A stretch of 64,000 nt of DNA from Octopus vulgaris (GCA_951406725.2 OX597815.1:106764001-106828000); one strand, 5' to 3'; positions 1-12,819 are shown, counted from the stretch's first letter. Program-made: numbers and translations. Notes: a model not told the origin generated them from the sequence alone.

Positions 1-99
1 TGTGTATATATATATATATATATATATATAATAGGTGTATATGTATATATATATTTATTTTTAATACATGTATATGTATATATATACACACACACACAT

Positions 100-130
<31 letters not shown>

Positions 131-147
131 CATACACACATACATAC

Positions 148-200
<53 letters not shown>

Positions 201-382
201 AACACACACACACACACGTATGAACGTATAAACAAATATATAGGCTTTCGAATAAATAAATTATAGTTATTGGGGAAACGAAGTAAATTGAGGATAGCTT
301 AGAATTCTTAATCCGGCTTACAAACTTTCATAACATAACTTCCATATTTTAAAATCCTCCTCCTCCTCCTCCTCCTGCGCGC

Positions 383-420
<38 letters not shown>

Positions 421-473
421 AATTAATAATAATAATAGCAACAACAACAACAATAACCACAACTATAAAAATA

Positions 474-504
<31 letters not shown>

Positions 505-745
505 AATTAATAATAATAATAGCAACAACAACAACAATAACCACAACTATAAAAATAATCTTAATAGTAATCATAATAATAATTGTAACAACAACAACAG
601 CATCAGCAGCAGCAACAACAACAACAGCAACAACAACCACAACCACAACAACAATAACAACAACAACAAGGAAAAACAATAATAATGATAATAAAAATAA
701 TAATGACGATGATGAGGATAGTAATAATCACCACCATTACTATCA
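383..745. repeat. Compound (AAT)n/(AAC)n/(GAT)n trinucleotide tract with a ~84 bp internal tandem duplication
   Basis: The block aataataat...gaaattaataataataatagcaacaacaacaacaataaccacaactataaa occurs twice. ORFs 308..679 and 411..755 are translations of it. Confidence 0.9.
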
Positions 746-2159
746 TATTCATTAAAAACATCAATGTCTATTCCGATCGGAAAGACACGTCACACTTATG
801 AGCGCGCACACACACACACACACACACGTGCATATGTATTCATACGCACGCATTCCCCCTCTCTCACACACACACACGAACGTCCACACACATGAGAACA
901 GTTACTAAAATTCCCACTCCTACACGTTTACATGCACTTACACAGAATACCATACACATACAAATTCATGCAGAAGACGCATGCGTAAACACACACATAC
1001 ACAAATACATGTTCGTTTTCCTAAAATACTTTTTAGGGGGAAGTATTATCCAACATATTTGTTGCCACGTTTTTCGTTTTATTTATTTATATTTTTTAGC
1101 AAAAAGTAATTAGAATATTTCTATAAAAAGAATCAAATACTATTTTAAATTGTTCCATATTCCTGAGAATATTGCATTTATATGTATGAAGATAAATATT
1201 TGTTTATCACATAGCAATATATGTTTTTATATCTTTTATCTGAGAGAATTTGTTATGCAACCTGAAAGGATATAAACTAAATCTAAGTAACCATTTGATT
1301 TTTTGTGCCTTCTATTGCGAGATTAAATACCTAAACATATAACCAATCTCTCCCTCCTCTCCTCTCTCTTCGTCTCTCTCTCTTTCTCGCTCTAATGTTA
1401 TACACACACACACACACACATACACACGCACTAAAGCAGTCCAGTAGCCATCATAAAGATACCAACTACCAGTACCACGTGAATCTCGCAACAAAGATAC
1501 GTGAACTGATATAAAGAACCAATATAAAGAAAGAATAATTCATTTAAATATATTTAAGTTATTTTCCCTTCTTTTGCAACATCACTAAATCGGATTTTCA
1601 AACGACTGAAACTGGTAGCATATTTTAATATTAAAAGTGAATATTGTTTTTTCTTTTGTCCATGATAAAGTTCTGAAAGCATTCTCTTCTTTATGATTTG
1701 TATATGTATATGTTTGTGTTTGTTTGAGTGTGTGTGTGTCTGTGTGTGTCCCTCTCTCTATATATACGCACACACGCGCATAAATGCATATGTGTGCGTG
1801 AGTACATGCTAACATGTATGTATTTATACACATATGCATGTATTATGTATGTGTGCATGTATGTGTAATGGTATTTGACATAAATCTGCGTTGCCAATTA
1901 TAAACACAGGCACAGTGTGACAATCAGAAGGATCCAATAAGAAAGGATCTTATACATGGTTGATCCATCTTTTAGAAACAGCAACCAAATTTCCCTCAAA
2001 TAATAGCCTACAATTAAAAAGGGCAAAGACACATATTTTCCATTGAAGTTTGATTATGTTTTAAAACACAGCATTGCTAACGTCCATAGCTTCACCAACA
2101 ATTCAAGCTCTTTATGTTCCTCAAAACAAATGTCTTGTTTGCTCTATTTATGTATACTC

Positions 2160-2413
2160 TTACTCTTTTACTTGTTTCAGTCATTTGACTGCGGCCATGC
2201 TGGAGCACCGCCTTTTAGTCGAGCAAATCGACCCCAGGACTTATTCTGTGTAAACCTAGTACTTATTCTATCGGTCTCTTTTGACGAACCGCTAAGTAAC
2301 GGGGACGTAAACACACCAGCATCGGTTATCAAGCGATGTTGAGGGGGACAAACACAGACACACAAGCACAGACACATACATACATACATACATACATACA
2401 TACATACATACAC

Positions 2414-2445
<32 letters not shown>

Positions 2446-3352
2446 ATATATATCTTTATATATATAAAACTGAGAATGTCTGTCTGTCTGTCTGTGTGTT
2501 TCCCTAAAACTTGAGAACTACACAACCAATTTCATTCAAATTTTACACATGCCTTACTTAGGGTCCATGTAGTTTCATGGGCAAAAAAAGTTCAACTTCT
2601 TGCCTAGAGCGAGCCCATAGCCGTATGATATCTTCTCCACTATTTCAATATTACGTGTTGAAAGTGAAACAAAAATATTTCTCTATTTTACGCCAGATGC
2701 TTTCAATTTAACAATAAAAATAATAATAACAATTGAATTATATGTAGTAAGTAATTATTAAAATCAAACTAAAGTATAATATAATCGTAACATACAAAAG
2801 TAAAAATAGCAATTGGTATAAAATTGCATCAATGATTTGAACTTGAATAAGTGGTTTCACATGAATGGGAGTAAATTAAAAATAAAATTAGCGTGCAGAA
2901 ATGGAATAGTCCAGATGGATAATAAAAAATTAAATTAAAGAAAAGACTATTATCAATAAAGTATACAATGTAGAGAAAAAAGAAGAGCTAACAATTCCAG
3001 TCTGTTATATATTTTGAGTATTGTTATCACTAGCGATATCAAGATATAACTCTGTATTTTGCATTTTATGTGTAGATGTATATATATAGATGTACATGTA
3101 ATATGTACACATATATATACACATATATACATGCACTAGCACTATGACCCGGCAATGACGGGTCTTTAATGCTAGTATATATATATATATATATATACGA
3201 CAGGCTTCTTTTAGTTTCCGTCTACCAAATCCACTCACAAGGCATTGGTCGGCCCGAGGCTATAGTAGAAGACACTTTCTCAAGGTGCCACTGCACCTGA
3301 ACCCGGAACCTTGTGGTTGGTAAACAAGCTACTTACCACACAGCCACTCCTG
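2160..3352 (-). mobile_element. tRNA-derived CORE-type SINE (octopus OR-like), split by a Helitron in its central microsatellite
   Basis: Head at 3352-3198 (minus strand ggagtggctgtgtggtaagtagcttg...ggttccgggttcag...gaagcctgtcg) and tail at 2392-2160 (ggcggtgctccagcatggccgcagtcaaatgactgaaacaagtaaaagag). Both match the unbroken copy at 40866-41310. Confidence 0.85.
2453..3175 (+). mobile_element. Non-autonomous Helitron
   Basis: Starts A|TCTTTATATATAAAACTG. Ends with hairpin gacccg-gcaatga-cgggtc then CTAG|T. The 5' end resembles the Helitron at 20145. Confidence 0.75.
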
Positions 3353-3818
3353 TATATAATTTATGTGTATATATAATCAAATAAATTCTAATTCTTCTTG
3401 AGAAAGAATTTATGAAACAACTCTTTGCATCGATAGATTCAAACGAAAATATTGTAATGAATCGGGTTGTGAATGATATAATTTAGAAATTTACGAAGAT
3501 AAAAAAGCTTGGAAATACGAAAATATTGAAGTCCATTATCGTAAACGGCATATTAATCACACGTCATTATTCTATCGTTTAACCATGCATTGAACGTAGC
3601 AATACAGAAATACAAGACACGCAACAAACGAAAGGGCATAGCATAAAAATAATTTCTAGTGAATAGTTTTTATATATATGTTTTTATATATATATGTATG
3701 TATATATGCATATATATATACATATATAACTGCATATATATGCATATATATATATATCTATAAGACATATCAATTCATCAACAATCTATCTATCTATCAG
3801 TCTGTCTGTCTATTTAGG

Positions 3819-4075
3819 CTTTTCTTTCCACGGGTAAACCTCACCGGTCCTCCCCTTTACACTTTATATTGACATTTCTATGATAACGATCTCTATTGAT
3901 CGATTTTTTTCCTTTTATTTTTACCCCTCCCCCTTTTTTTGCTTTCCTCTTTCTTTCCTTTTACGATCCCTTTTGATCGAAAACCAAACCCCCGTTTTTT
4001 TATCCCCCAAAAGAAAAGCTCTACTTGTAATTTGTCCCGTCGGTGTGCAGCCCGGTGTGGCTAATAAAGAAACAT
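3819..4075 (+). mobile_element. 3' UTR fragment of a Tx1/L1-clade LINE
   Basis: Homologous to the 3' UTR of the element at 62552-64000 (gatctctattgatcg, cgatcccttttgatcgaaa, tgtggctaataaagaaacat). Confidence 0.75.
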
Positions 4076-4087
4076 ATTTATACGTAT

Positions 4088-4345
4088 ATCATCATCATCA
4101 TCGTCATCGTTTAACGCCCGCTTTTCATGCTGGCATGGGTTGGACGGTTTGACTGAGGGCTGGTGAGCCAAGAGGCTGCATCAGGCTCCTATCTTTCTAC
4201 AGCTCGATGCTCTTCCAATGTTTCTACTGCTGGATGCTCTTCCTAACGCCAACCACTCCGAGAGTGTAGTCGGTGCTTTTTACGTGTCACCGACACGAGG
4301 GCCAGTCAGGCGATACTGGCATCGGCAACGCTCGAATGGTGCTTT
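4088..4345 (-). mobile_element. SINE/RTE-type 3' fragment with (GAT)n tail
   Basis: Minus strand gttggcgttaggaagagcatccagcagtagaaac...ccaacccatgccagcatgaaaagcgggcgttaaacgatgacgatgatg is a typical RTE-partner tail. Confidence 0.65.
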
Positions 4346-4482
4346 TTACGTGTGATTATTGGTTGCTGAAAAGATCTGAATGAAAAAGATCAATACCTTG
4401 CTTCTGGTTATTTTGTCAATGTTGTCGTTGTAACGGATGGGATGCACATGCAACAAGACGGGACCAAGAAAAGAAAAACAAA

Positions 4483-4576
<94 letters not shown>

Positions 4577-4859
4577 GCCACTGTTCGATAGGGTGGTGCA
4601 GAGAAAGATACACACTAAGAGATTGCTTGGAAATTTGAAATGGAAGAGAAATGGTTTGGTACTATCACAAGCAGGGAACTACTAGTGAAAATAATTACTT
4701 TAAGATCCTGCGAGATTTTTCAGTGAAAAATGACCATGTAAAAGCATCAACAGATCTAATTAGGATAGATAAAGAAACACAAAAAGACGTAGATAAGATT
4801 TAATTAATTAATTTATTATCGACTAAGATTGCAATGTTAGTTTGGTTACATAGTAACTT

Positions 4860-5272
4860 CTTCCTTTTATTTTTAACTTGTTTCAGTCATAGGACTGGTG
4901 GAGAACTACCTTGACAGGTGCATTCAAAGAAATCAACCTCAGGACTTAGATTTTTAGATTTTTAAGGCTGGTGTTTATTTAATCAGATTCTTATGCCAAA
5001 CTGCTAGGTAACAGCGGTGTAAACAAACCAACACCAGCTGTCAAGTAGGAGAAACAAATACAAATACAAGCGGACACATGCATACACATATATAAACGCA
5101 TGCACCAGACATGCTTCCACACTAGTCTCATCTACCAGATGCTCTAGCAAAACTTTGGTCAGCTCAGGGCAACAGTAAAAGACTTTTGCTCAAGGTGCTA
5201 TGCAGTGTTATTGAACTGGAGACCACATGGTTGAGAAGCAAGTTTCTCAACAACATAGCCATGCCTGCACCA
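4860..5272 (-). mobile_element. Older decayed copy of the CORE-type SINE
   Basis: Diverged head (gcaggcatggctatgttgttgagaaacttgct, caccttgagcaaaagtc) and tail (atgactgaaacaagttaaaaataaaag). Confidence 0.7.
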
Positions 5273-5337
5273 TGATCAACAAAGACAATAGAAAGGTACA
5301 CCATCTTCATCATTATCATCATCAACAATGATATATA

Positions 5338-5430
<93 letters not shown>

Positions 5431-5465
5431 GTATGTATATACATATACATACATGTATATATATA

Positions 5466-5546
5466 TTGAAGATTGAAGGCTTCGAATGTCCCGTCCGTGT
5501 TTTTTGTATCGTCTTCTAAATGTTTTGCGTTCTTGTCCCAGTTTGT

Positions 5547-5643
<97 letters not shown>

Positions 5644-6020
5644 TTACATATATATATATATACTTACATATAAGACCAAAGGGGTACGGGCGCCGCTATA
5701 TATATATATATATATGTAAAAAATACAAACTGGGACAAGAACGCAAAACATTTAGAAGACACGGACGGGACATTCGAAGCCTTCAATCTTCAGTCAAGAA
5801 CCGGATCATCCTCGCAATTTCGGCTGATTAATCTTGAGATTGCTCCGATCTGGCCAGCCCCAAAGGAAAATCTAACCCAAGCGCATTAGATTCCTTGGAA
5901 GAAAGCCTCGAATGTATACAAAACAAGGACGGAAAAACGAACGATGTTACACGAATAAGAATACAAAAATACGTAAAAACAATAATGATAATAATAATAA
6001 CAAAAACAGGACGTCACAGA
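5466..6020. mobile_element. Tail-to-tail pair of a structured short repeat (5466-5555 +, 5715-6020 -) across a (CA)n/(TA)n tract; probably PLE-terminus derived
   Basis: gaagattgaaggcttcgaatgtcccgtccgtg...gttcttgtcccagtttgtatttttt is present on both strands. The longer copy has nested hairpins plus GAAA and CUGAAGA boxes. Confidence 0.6.
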
Positions 6021-6292
6021 CATGTATATGTATGTGTGTGTGTGTATTTATGTATAGTAAATGCTGGTAGGGCCACCGTATTTCGTTCTACGACTATAAT
6101 ATGATATCAAGTATATTAAAGGTTTATAAGTCAATAGCGAGCAATACTTTTCTGTTAGCAGTAACTTGGTCTATCCTGTAGTGTTACACCGCTGAACTTA
6201 GTGGCTATTTAAGCAATGCATTCGTAGTGTACACGAAACATCGTAACTTTCAGTGTTGGCTCTAAATTCTATTGAAAACCTGTAGAGATAAA

Positions 6293-6337
<45 letters not shown>

Positions 6338-6338
<1 letters not shown>

Positions 6339-6480
6339 ACACATTAAGTACAGGACAACACCAACGAGTGAAAAATACGTGAACACACGAGAGAGAAGTA
6401 CAGGACAAAATACCAAAAGAAGATAACTCGCTCATGAGTTGTCGACTGTTTTGCTGATCCATTTCGACAAAATAAGAAAG
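6338..6480 (-). mobile_element. Decayed copy of the HHR-like 'gtcctgtaccca' short element
   Basis: Minus strand gtcgaaatggatcagcaaaacagtcgacaactcatgagc...gtcctgtac followed by (TA)n. Homologous to 26961, 28850 and 59030. Confidence 0.55.
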
Positions 6481-6509
6481 ATAAGAAAACTTCTTAAGGT
6501 ATATATATA

Positions 6510-6788
6510 TATAGAAGAGGAAAGAATAATAAGGCAGAATGCTAAACTGAAAGTAAAATTTTAATTAAAATGGGTGTATGAAAAATTAAAAAAAAGAAAT
6601 CAATCCAGCTTTTATTGCAAAGCAAAGTTTCAAGATTTGGAAGGAAATTTTTTTTTGTAAATTGAGGAAGGAGAAAAAAGAAATTTACAGTGTTTTTTCA
6701 AAAAAATAAATTTAGCATTCTGCGCCTTGTTATTTTTTTCCTCTACTATCATTTCTCCACGTGTGGTTAACACAACCCCACCTATTGA

Positions 6789-6792
<4 letters not shown>
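6510..6792. mobile_element. PLE-tail-like module with an inverted partial copy, between two (TA)n runs
   Basis: gaggaaagaataataaggcagaatgctaaa (6517-6546) is an imperfect reverse complement of tttagcattctgcgccttgttatttttttcctc (6711-6743). An extra tail follows only the right copy. Confidence 0.5.
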
Positions 6793-6869
<77 letters not shown>

Positions 6870-7559
6870 GTGTGTTTTAGTCATAACAATGGGGGTTCAG
6901 CAAAATACTCATTCTGTTTCGCTGTTAGGATCTTCAGAGACAGCTTTAAGGTTGAGATGTGGTTACAGCTAGTAATATACAGAAAATAGGTAGAAGACTG
7001 ATATACAAAGAGCAGGAAAATGATCATACTGATGGCAGTCAGATTATGGCAAGAGGGGGTAAAAAGTTGTACTAGGGATTGTGGTGAAGATGGTAGTGAA
7101 GGGGTTCGTGAAGCTGATGGTAGTACGGTTAATATTGAAAGTGCTAGTGCATGCGCCCCAAAGGGATAATGGTGATGATAATGATACTGGTGCAGATGAC
7201 GTCGAAATAATGAAGGTGGCATACGTTCATACATATTTATTGATACGCTTGTAAACATGTATATATCCATGACTGTATAAGGTGTGCTAAATTATATAAA
7301 AACTCAAACATCCCACAAGTGATACAGCGTTATTATTTTCTCATGAGGTATTGTTTATTGATCATCAACCAAAATTTGACAAGTTCCCCTTTAAATATTC
7401 ATAAATATTCACACGCATTAAGAGAACTTACAACATATTTGTACATGGTTGGGTAAATATTGTTACAGGAATGATTAGATACGTACATACAAAAATAGAT
7501 ACGTGCATACATATGTGTTTATCTGCATACAATCTTACTAAATTTTATGGACATATGTA

Positions 7560-7628
<69 letters not shown>

Positions 7629-7639
7629 GTGTGTGTTTT

Positions 7640-7717
<78 letters not shown>

Positions 7718-8881
7718 GTATAGTGTATATGCATATTCGGTAACTGGATATTATTGCCTCAAATAGGAAAGGCCCTACACCGGGCCAGGGTCAAACATTC
7801 ACCGTGTTTGGTTGATATGAAACTGGAGTAACATAAATGTATTTAATAATTACGGTATAAGGAATAATCAGAAAGTGATTGAGGACTTAAGTCCTCTTCT
7901 CTCTCTCTCTCTCTCTCTCCACACACAGACATACATACACACACGCACGTACACACACACATGCACGCATACACACACGCACGCTTACACGCACATACAC
8001 ACATACACATACACGCACGCATACACACACACGTACATACACACACTCTCACTTTCTCTCTCTCTCTTACCCACACATACGTAGGTACATACCAACTATA
8101 TTTGGCTCCATTGAAGAGGCAAAGGGAACAAGTGTGGTCAGTTTCATATTACTGCCAGTTAATGCAGAGATGAAAAAGTTATCTCTTGCTCCAACATAAA
8201 AATGTTCAATTTGTAACCATGTTTGGTCTAGTTAACCACTCTCAATTACTTGAACCGAAGCAAGCTAATAATATGCCATCACCTGCCGGTCTGATAGAGG
8301 CATATGTCCATACACAAGTCTAATTGTGATGATCGTGAATTACTTTAACTAAGAAGAAGAATTAAAGTAATAGTAGTGATGAAGACTGTGAAATACTACA
8401 TACTATATAAAGTAATTCGAAGGAATGTACTTACGTTCTTGAAACTTATGTGAGACTGCTCTTAACACCCGCGAACCATTTACTGAATACATGGTAAAAA
8501 ATGCTAGTACCATTATTTACCAACAATTACTAGTTAGGGACAACGTGTCCCGTTAATTGGTTCAACATAAATATTATATCTACATATCTCTATGATACGC
8601 AACTTAGACAGGTTACTGAATCGGTTCTCATACAAAAATACAAGTCCCAATAGAGCGATAAAAATGTACTACTCTCTAGAAATGCATATTTTCCTTTCCC
8701 TATTTAAGTTACTTTTATATACCTATACTTTTGCCAATGGATATGTGCATATGTATGCGCTTATATGTGCATGTATGTGTGTATATATACATGCATATAC
8801 ATGCGAGTGTGTTTATGTATACATACATGTCTATGTACGCATACGTATGTATTAGTATGCGTATGAGTGTATGTATGTTAA

Positions 8882-9112
8882 AGGCGGAGAGCTGGCAGAA
8901 ACGTTAGCACGCCGGGCGAAATGCGTAGCCGTATTTCGTCTGTCGTTACGTTAAGAGTTCAAATTCCGCCGAGGTCGACTTTGCCTTTCATCCTCTCGGG
9001 GTCGATAAATTAAGTACCAGTTGCGCACTGGGGTCGATGTAATCGGCTTAATCCCTTTGTCTGTCCTTGTTTGTCCCCTCTGTGTTTAGCCCCTTGTGGG
9101 TAGTAAAGAAAT
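8882..9112 (+). mobile_element. Full-length tRNA-derived SINE with Meta-domain-like body and Tx1-like 3' tail
   Basis: A/B-box-like head (ggcggagagctggcagaaacg...gagttcaaattcc), body gtcgactttgcctttcatcctctcggggtcgataaattaagtaccag, tail tttgtcccctctgtgtttagccccttgtgggtagtaaagaaa. Confidence 0.85.
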
Positions 9113-9248
9113 ATATATATATGCGTATAACTATGCATGTGTGTGATTGTGCGCGCGCGAGTATTAAAGCTTGTTTTATGTCGAGTTACAATAAAAACAA
9201 TTTAATATTAAGCTAAAGAAATTTTCAGTGCTTTTAGTAGAGTACATA

Positions 9249-9365
9249 TACTTTTCCAAGAAGAAGAATGACAACGACTTCGAGATTTCGGTTTGTTAGT
9301 TTCAGACTTTCGAAGGCTAGAAGGCAAAAACTTCGAAGTCACTGTCACCCTTCTCCTTGTAATTG
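9249..9365. mobile_element. Short inverted pair of HHR 3' halves plus tails (same family as 56286-56585)
   Basis: The right side aaacttcgaagtc-actgtc is GAAA/palindromic stem III/GUC-like. The left side gacaacgacttcgagattt is its diverged reverse complement. Confidence 0.55.
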
Positions 9366-9369
9366 AATA

Positions 9370-9438
<69 letters not shown>

Positions 9439-9641
9439 TGCGAAATAGAAAGATGAATAATCTTGTAGCAGATTAATCAAAAGTTTAACCGATACCTTGG
9501 TAGCAAAAATCACAGCAGAAAACACCACGGTTGGAGGTACAACATACACTGATAAACAGTTTTGCCATGGGCTCTTAGGAGCTTAGTTCGATTTGTTTTG
9601 CTCCGCCTCTGTTCTGTTTTTGTTTTTTCCAACGGATTTCC

Positions 9642-9735
9642 TATTTCTTCCTGAAGAGAAAGACACAATATGGTCTCATTATTCAATCGGATTTTGGTAA
9701 ATTGTGCCTTTCGAAACACGTGTAGAATGAAATAA
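9642..9735 (+). ncRNA. Type I hammerhead ribozyme motif, intact core, long stem II
   Basis: ttc CTGAAGA (9651-57) gaaagacacaat...attgtgcctttc GAAA (9713-16) cacgtg TA gaa. Stem I extends tatttc-ttc/gaa-t-gaaaata. About 55 nt of tail then (TA)n. Confidence 0.8.
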
Positions 9736-9786
9736 AACGATTTCTGTTCAATCTTCGTTCAGCTCCATTTCTTCAATTCACCAATA

Positions 9787-9877
<91 letters not shown>

Positions 9878-9960
9878 ATAAGTATATGAGTGTATGCATA
9901 TATGGATATATATGTGTGTATGTATATGTATGCTTGCTTACACATGGGTATACGTGTATA

Positions 9961-10078
9961 TGTCGAAGAGCGTAGGCTCTAAACGTGAAAGACTTTTCCA
10001 TTCTTCCCGAACATTAAACTAATATACTATTATACTTGCTTGTTGTTCCTACACTCGTCTTCTGTAAATTTGAACTAT
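9961..10078 (+). mobile_element. Minimal-HHR-like short element (gaagagcgtaggctc family), decayed
   Basis: tcgaaga gcgtaggctc taaa cg tg aaagac. Homologous to 28690-28815, which keeps GAAA CG TT. Confidence 0.5.
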
Positions 10079-10558
10079 GTATATAATGAAGTATGTACAA
10101 TCACATTCTTTATTTTATAATGTTATTTGCGTTACTTCTTGCTTAACCTTTGTCTACCCATCCAACACCCCAGATTTTGTTAATGTAAAATGAACACTTC
10201 GAAGAGGCACCGACCTGTGAAAAATTTACATGAATGCAACAAACATATGTCTCTAAACTCAAAAGAAAAGAAAAAAGAAATAAGGTCCCAAACCTATAAG
10301 AACTCGCTATTAACAGGTTTTCAAGTTGCATTGGAAGCGTCGTAGTGACCCAGTCGTAGTTCTGCGTCGAAAATTTTGATCCCTCATGAAATTTATATGT
10401 ATACGTATATATTTAAAGTGAATTTAACAACTTTGTATGTCATAATGTAAGAACCTCAGTTTCAGCACCCGGTCTCAGATTAAGCTACTTCTTACACAAG
10501 TATGACTTCGTAACTGCAAAACATTCAGCTGGGCTAAAGAGTAAACTTCTTTTTAGAC

Positions 10559-10690
10559 CAGTAGTTCTCAACCAGGATCCATTTGGCCCCTGATGGTCGA
10601 TATAAAATTTTTGGGGTTCAGACAATGAAATAGTAAATTCGGGATCAACAATAGTATTTTAATGGCTCCCTGAAAAAAATTTGTTTTAAA
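10559..10690 (+). mobile_element. hAT-type MITE end fragment
   Basis: cagtagttctcaacc TIR-like start. Similar ends at 25720 (cagtggttcccaacc) and 24090 (gttgagaacccc). Confidence 0.5.
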
Positions 10691-10864
10691 TGTATGTTTT
10701 GGTATGTTTTGCAAGAAACAGCTAGGTTTCTTTATGTATGTATGTATGTATGTATGTATGTATGTATGTATGTATGTATGTATGTATGTATGTATGTATG
10801 TATGTATGTATGTATGTTTGCATGTATGCATGTATGTATGTATATATGTATGTATGTATGTATG

Positions 10865-10898
<34 letters not shown>

Positions 10899-11752
10899 TG
10901 CATGTATGCATGTATGTATGTATGTATGTATGTATGTATGTATGTACGTATGTATGTTTGTATGTATTATGTATATGCGTGTATGTGTGTGTCTGTGTGT
11001 GTATGGATGTATGTATGTGAGGGGGGGGCCTAGTGTTGTATTCACGATTGCCTGATCATGGTTGTCGACTTGGGAAAAATACTTCATCGCACGTTGCTTT
11101 TCGATCACTTTGACACTTAACGCGTGGCACATCCTGCACCTGTAGAGATAATGTCGACTTGATGGCGGGAGTGAACTAATGCACAGCATAAACATTTGAC
11201 CACTATAAACAAATCATCTGTGCAAGAACAGCAGATGTACATATAAGTCTGTATGTCTGCGTTTATGCTTACCGGTGTAAAAACGGATGCTCCGGACTGA
11301 AATCGTTTCGTATCTATGCTAAAATAGTTATGTCACTTTGGTCATCCCTCTAAATATTTGGTGGAATTCCTAAATTTCATGAATTTTCAGTTTGTCTCAG
11401 TAGAAGCGCCAGTTTCAAAACTATGTGAGAACAACGCTCATATAGTAGTCACTGCGCCAATCGTGTATGAACTAAACACCCGTTGAAAATTAAAATTCCT
11501 TTCAAGGAAAAGGAGATGTATGTACGCTTATCTTAATGACTATATATGTACGTTTATTTTGAAGGTTATATTGATCTATTTTACGTGTCATTCCGTTTAA
11601 ACTGTTGCTTTAAACAAAAAATATATCTGCGAAGAAATACTCTCGTTGTATCTACGAATTATTCCTATTACTAATATATCAGGAGACATTTACATATACA
11701 TACAAACGCACACATAAACACATAATGTGATGCATGCATGTATGTAAGCATG

Positions 11753-11863
<111 letters not shown>

Positions 11864-11918
11864 ATTATATATATATAATTATATATATATGTATACATAT
11901 ATATATATATGTATATAT

Positions 11919-12003
<85 letters not shown>

Positions 12004-12310
12004 GTATATATATATATGTATATGTATATATATATATTTATATATATATATGTATGTATGTATGCACAAAAACACACATAAATCGATTGGCATATTTAAT
12101 GTCGTTATAGACATCGGAAGATATAAACATGGAGACATATAAACATACCTTCTTATAGAGATAATGCGTACATGTACACACACACACGTGAGGCACAGTC
12201 TACCAAATTTCACTTGTAACTCGAAGCTCTAGTGTGTGTGTGCGTGCAAGTGCTAATAAATGACGAAGGAAAACCCCATCTTCATCTTCGAATAAATGAA
12301 TAAATAATAT

Positions 12311-12441
12311 TTCGTTTTTGGATTTGGTTTGCAAGATTCTTTATATGAGTCGATTAACATAAAAATAAGAAACAAGTGGAAATTTTAGTGTTTCATTATA
12401 AGGCACAAAAAGAAAATGACTCTCCCCAGACATGACAGAAC
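12311..12441. mobile_element. Internally inverted PLE-tail module with 9-bp TSD aaataatat
   Basis: Same family as 13660-13855. The first ~40 bp are in the same orientation and the rest is inverted. aaataatat occurs at 12302-10 and 12442-50, but only once in the paralogous arm. Confidence 0.75.
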
Positions 12442-12606
12442 AAATAATATCTATTATATTTATTGAATATTTCTCTCCATCTTCGTTTGTAAACACATAA
12501 ACAAACGCACACACATACAAACATATATACTTTATGTACATACATATACATATATTCATATACGTGCATACATATGTACATATCCGACGGGAGTGTCCTT
12601 CATATA

Positions 12607-12659
<53 letters not shown>

Positions 12660-12762
12660 ATACATACATACAACTATCTATATATATTTCGACAATGGCA
12701 TTATAATTGATAAAGAGTGTAGGCTGTCGGATCTTCATGCGCGAATCCGACGGGAGAGCCCT

Positions 12763-12819
<57 letters not shown>

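Noticed and set aside
8882-8970. tRNA genes at SINE heads (also 40866, 51572, 59648)
   Set aside because: A/B-box-like motifs are present, but there is no cloverleaf and they continue into SINE bodies.
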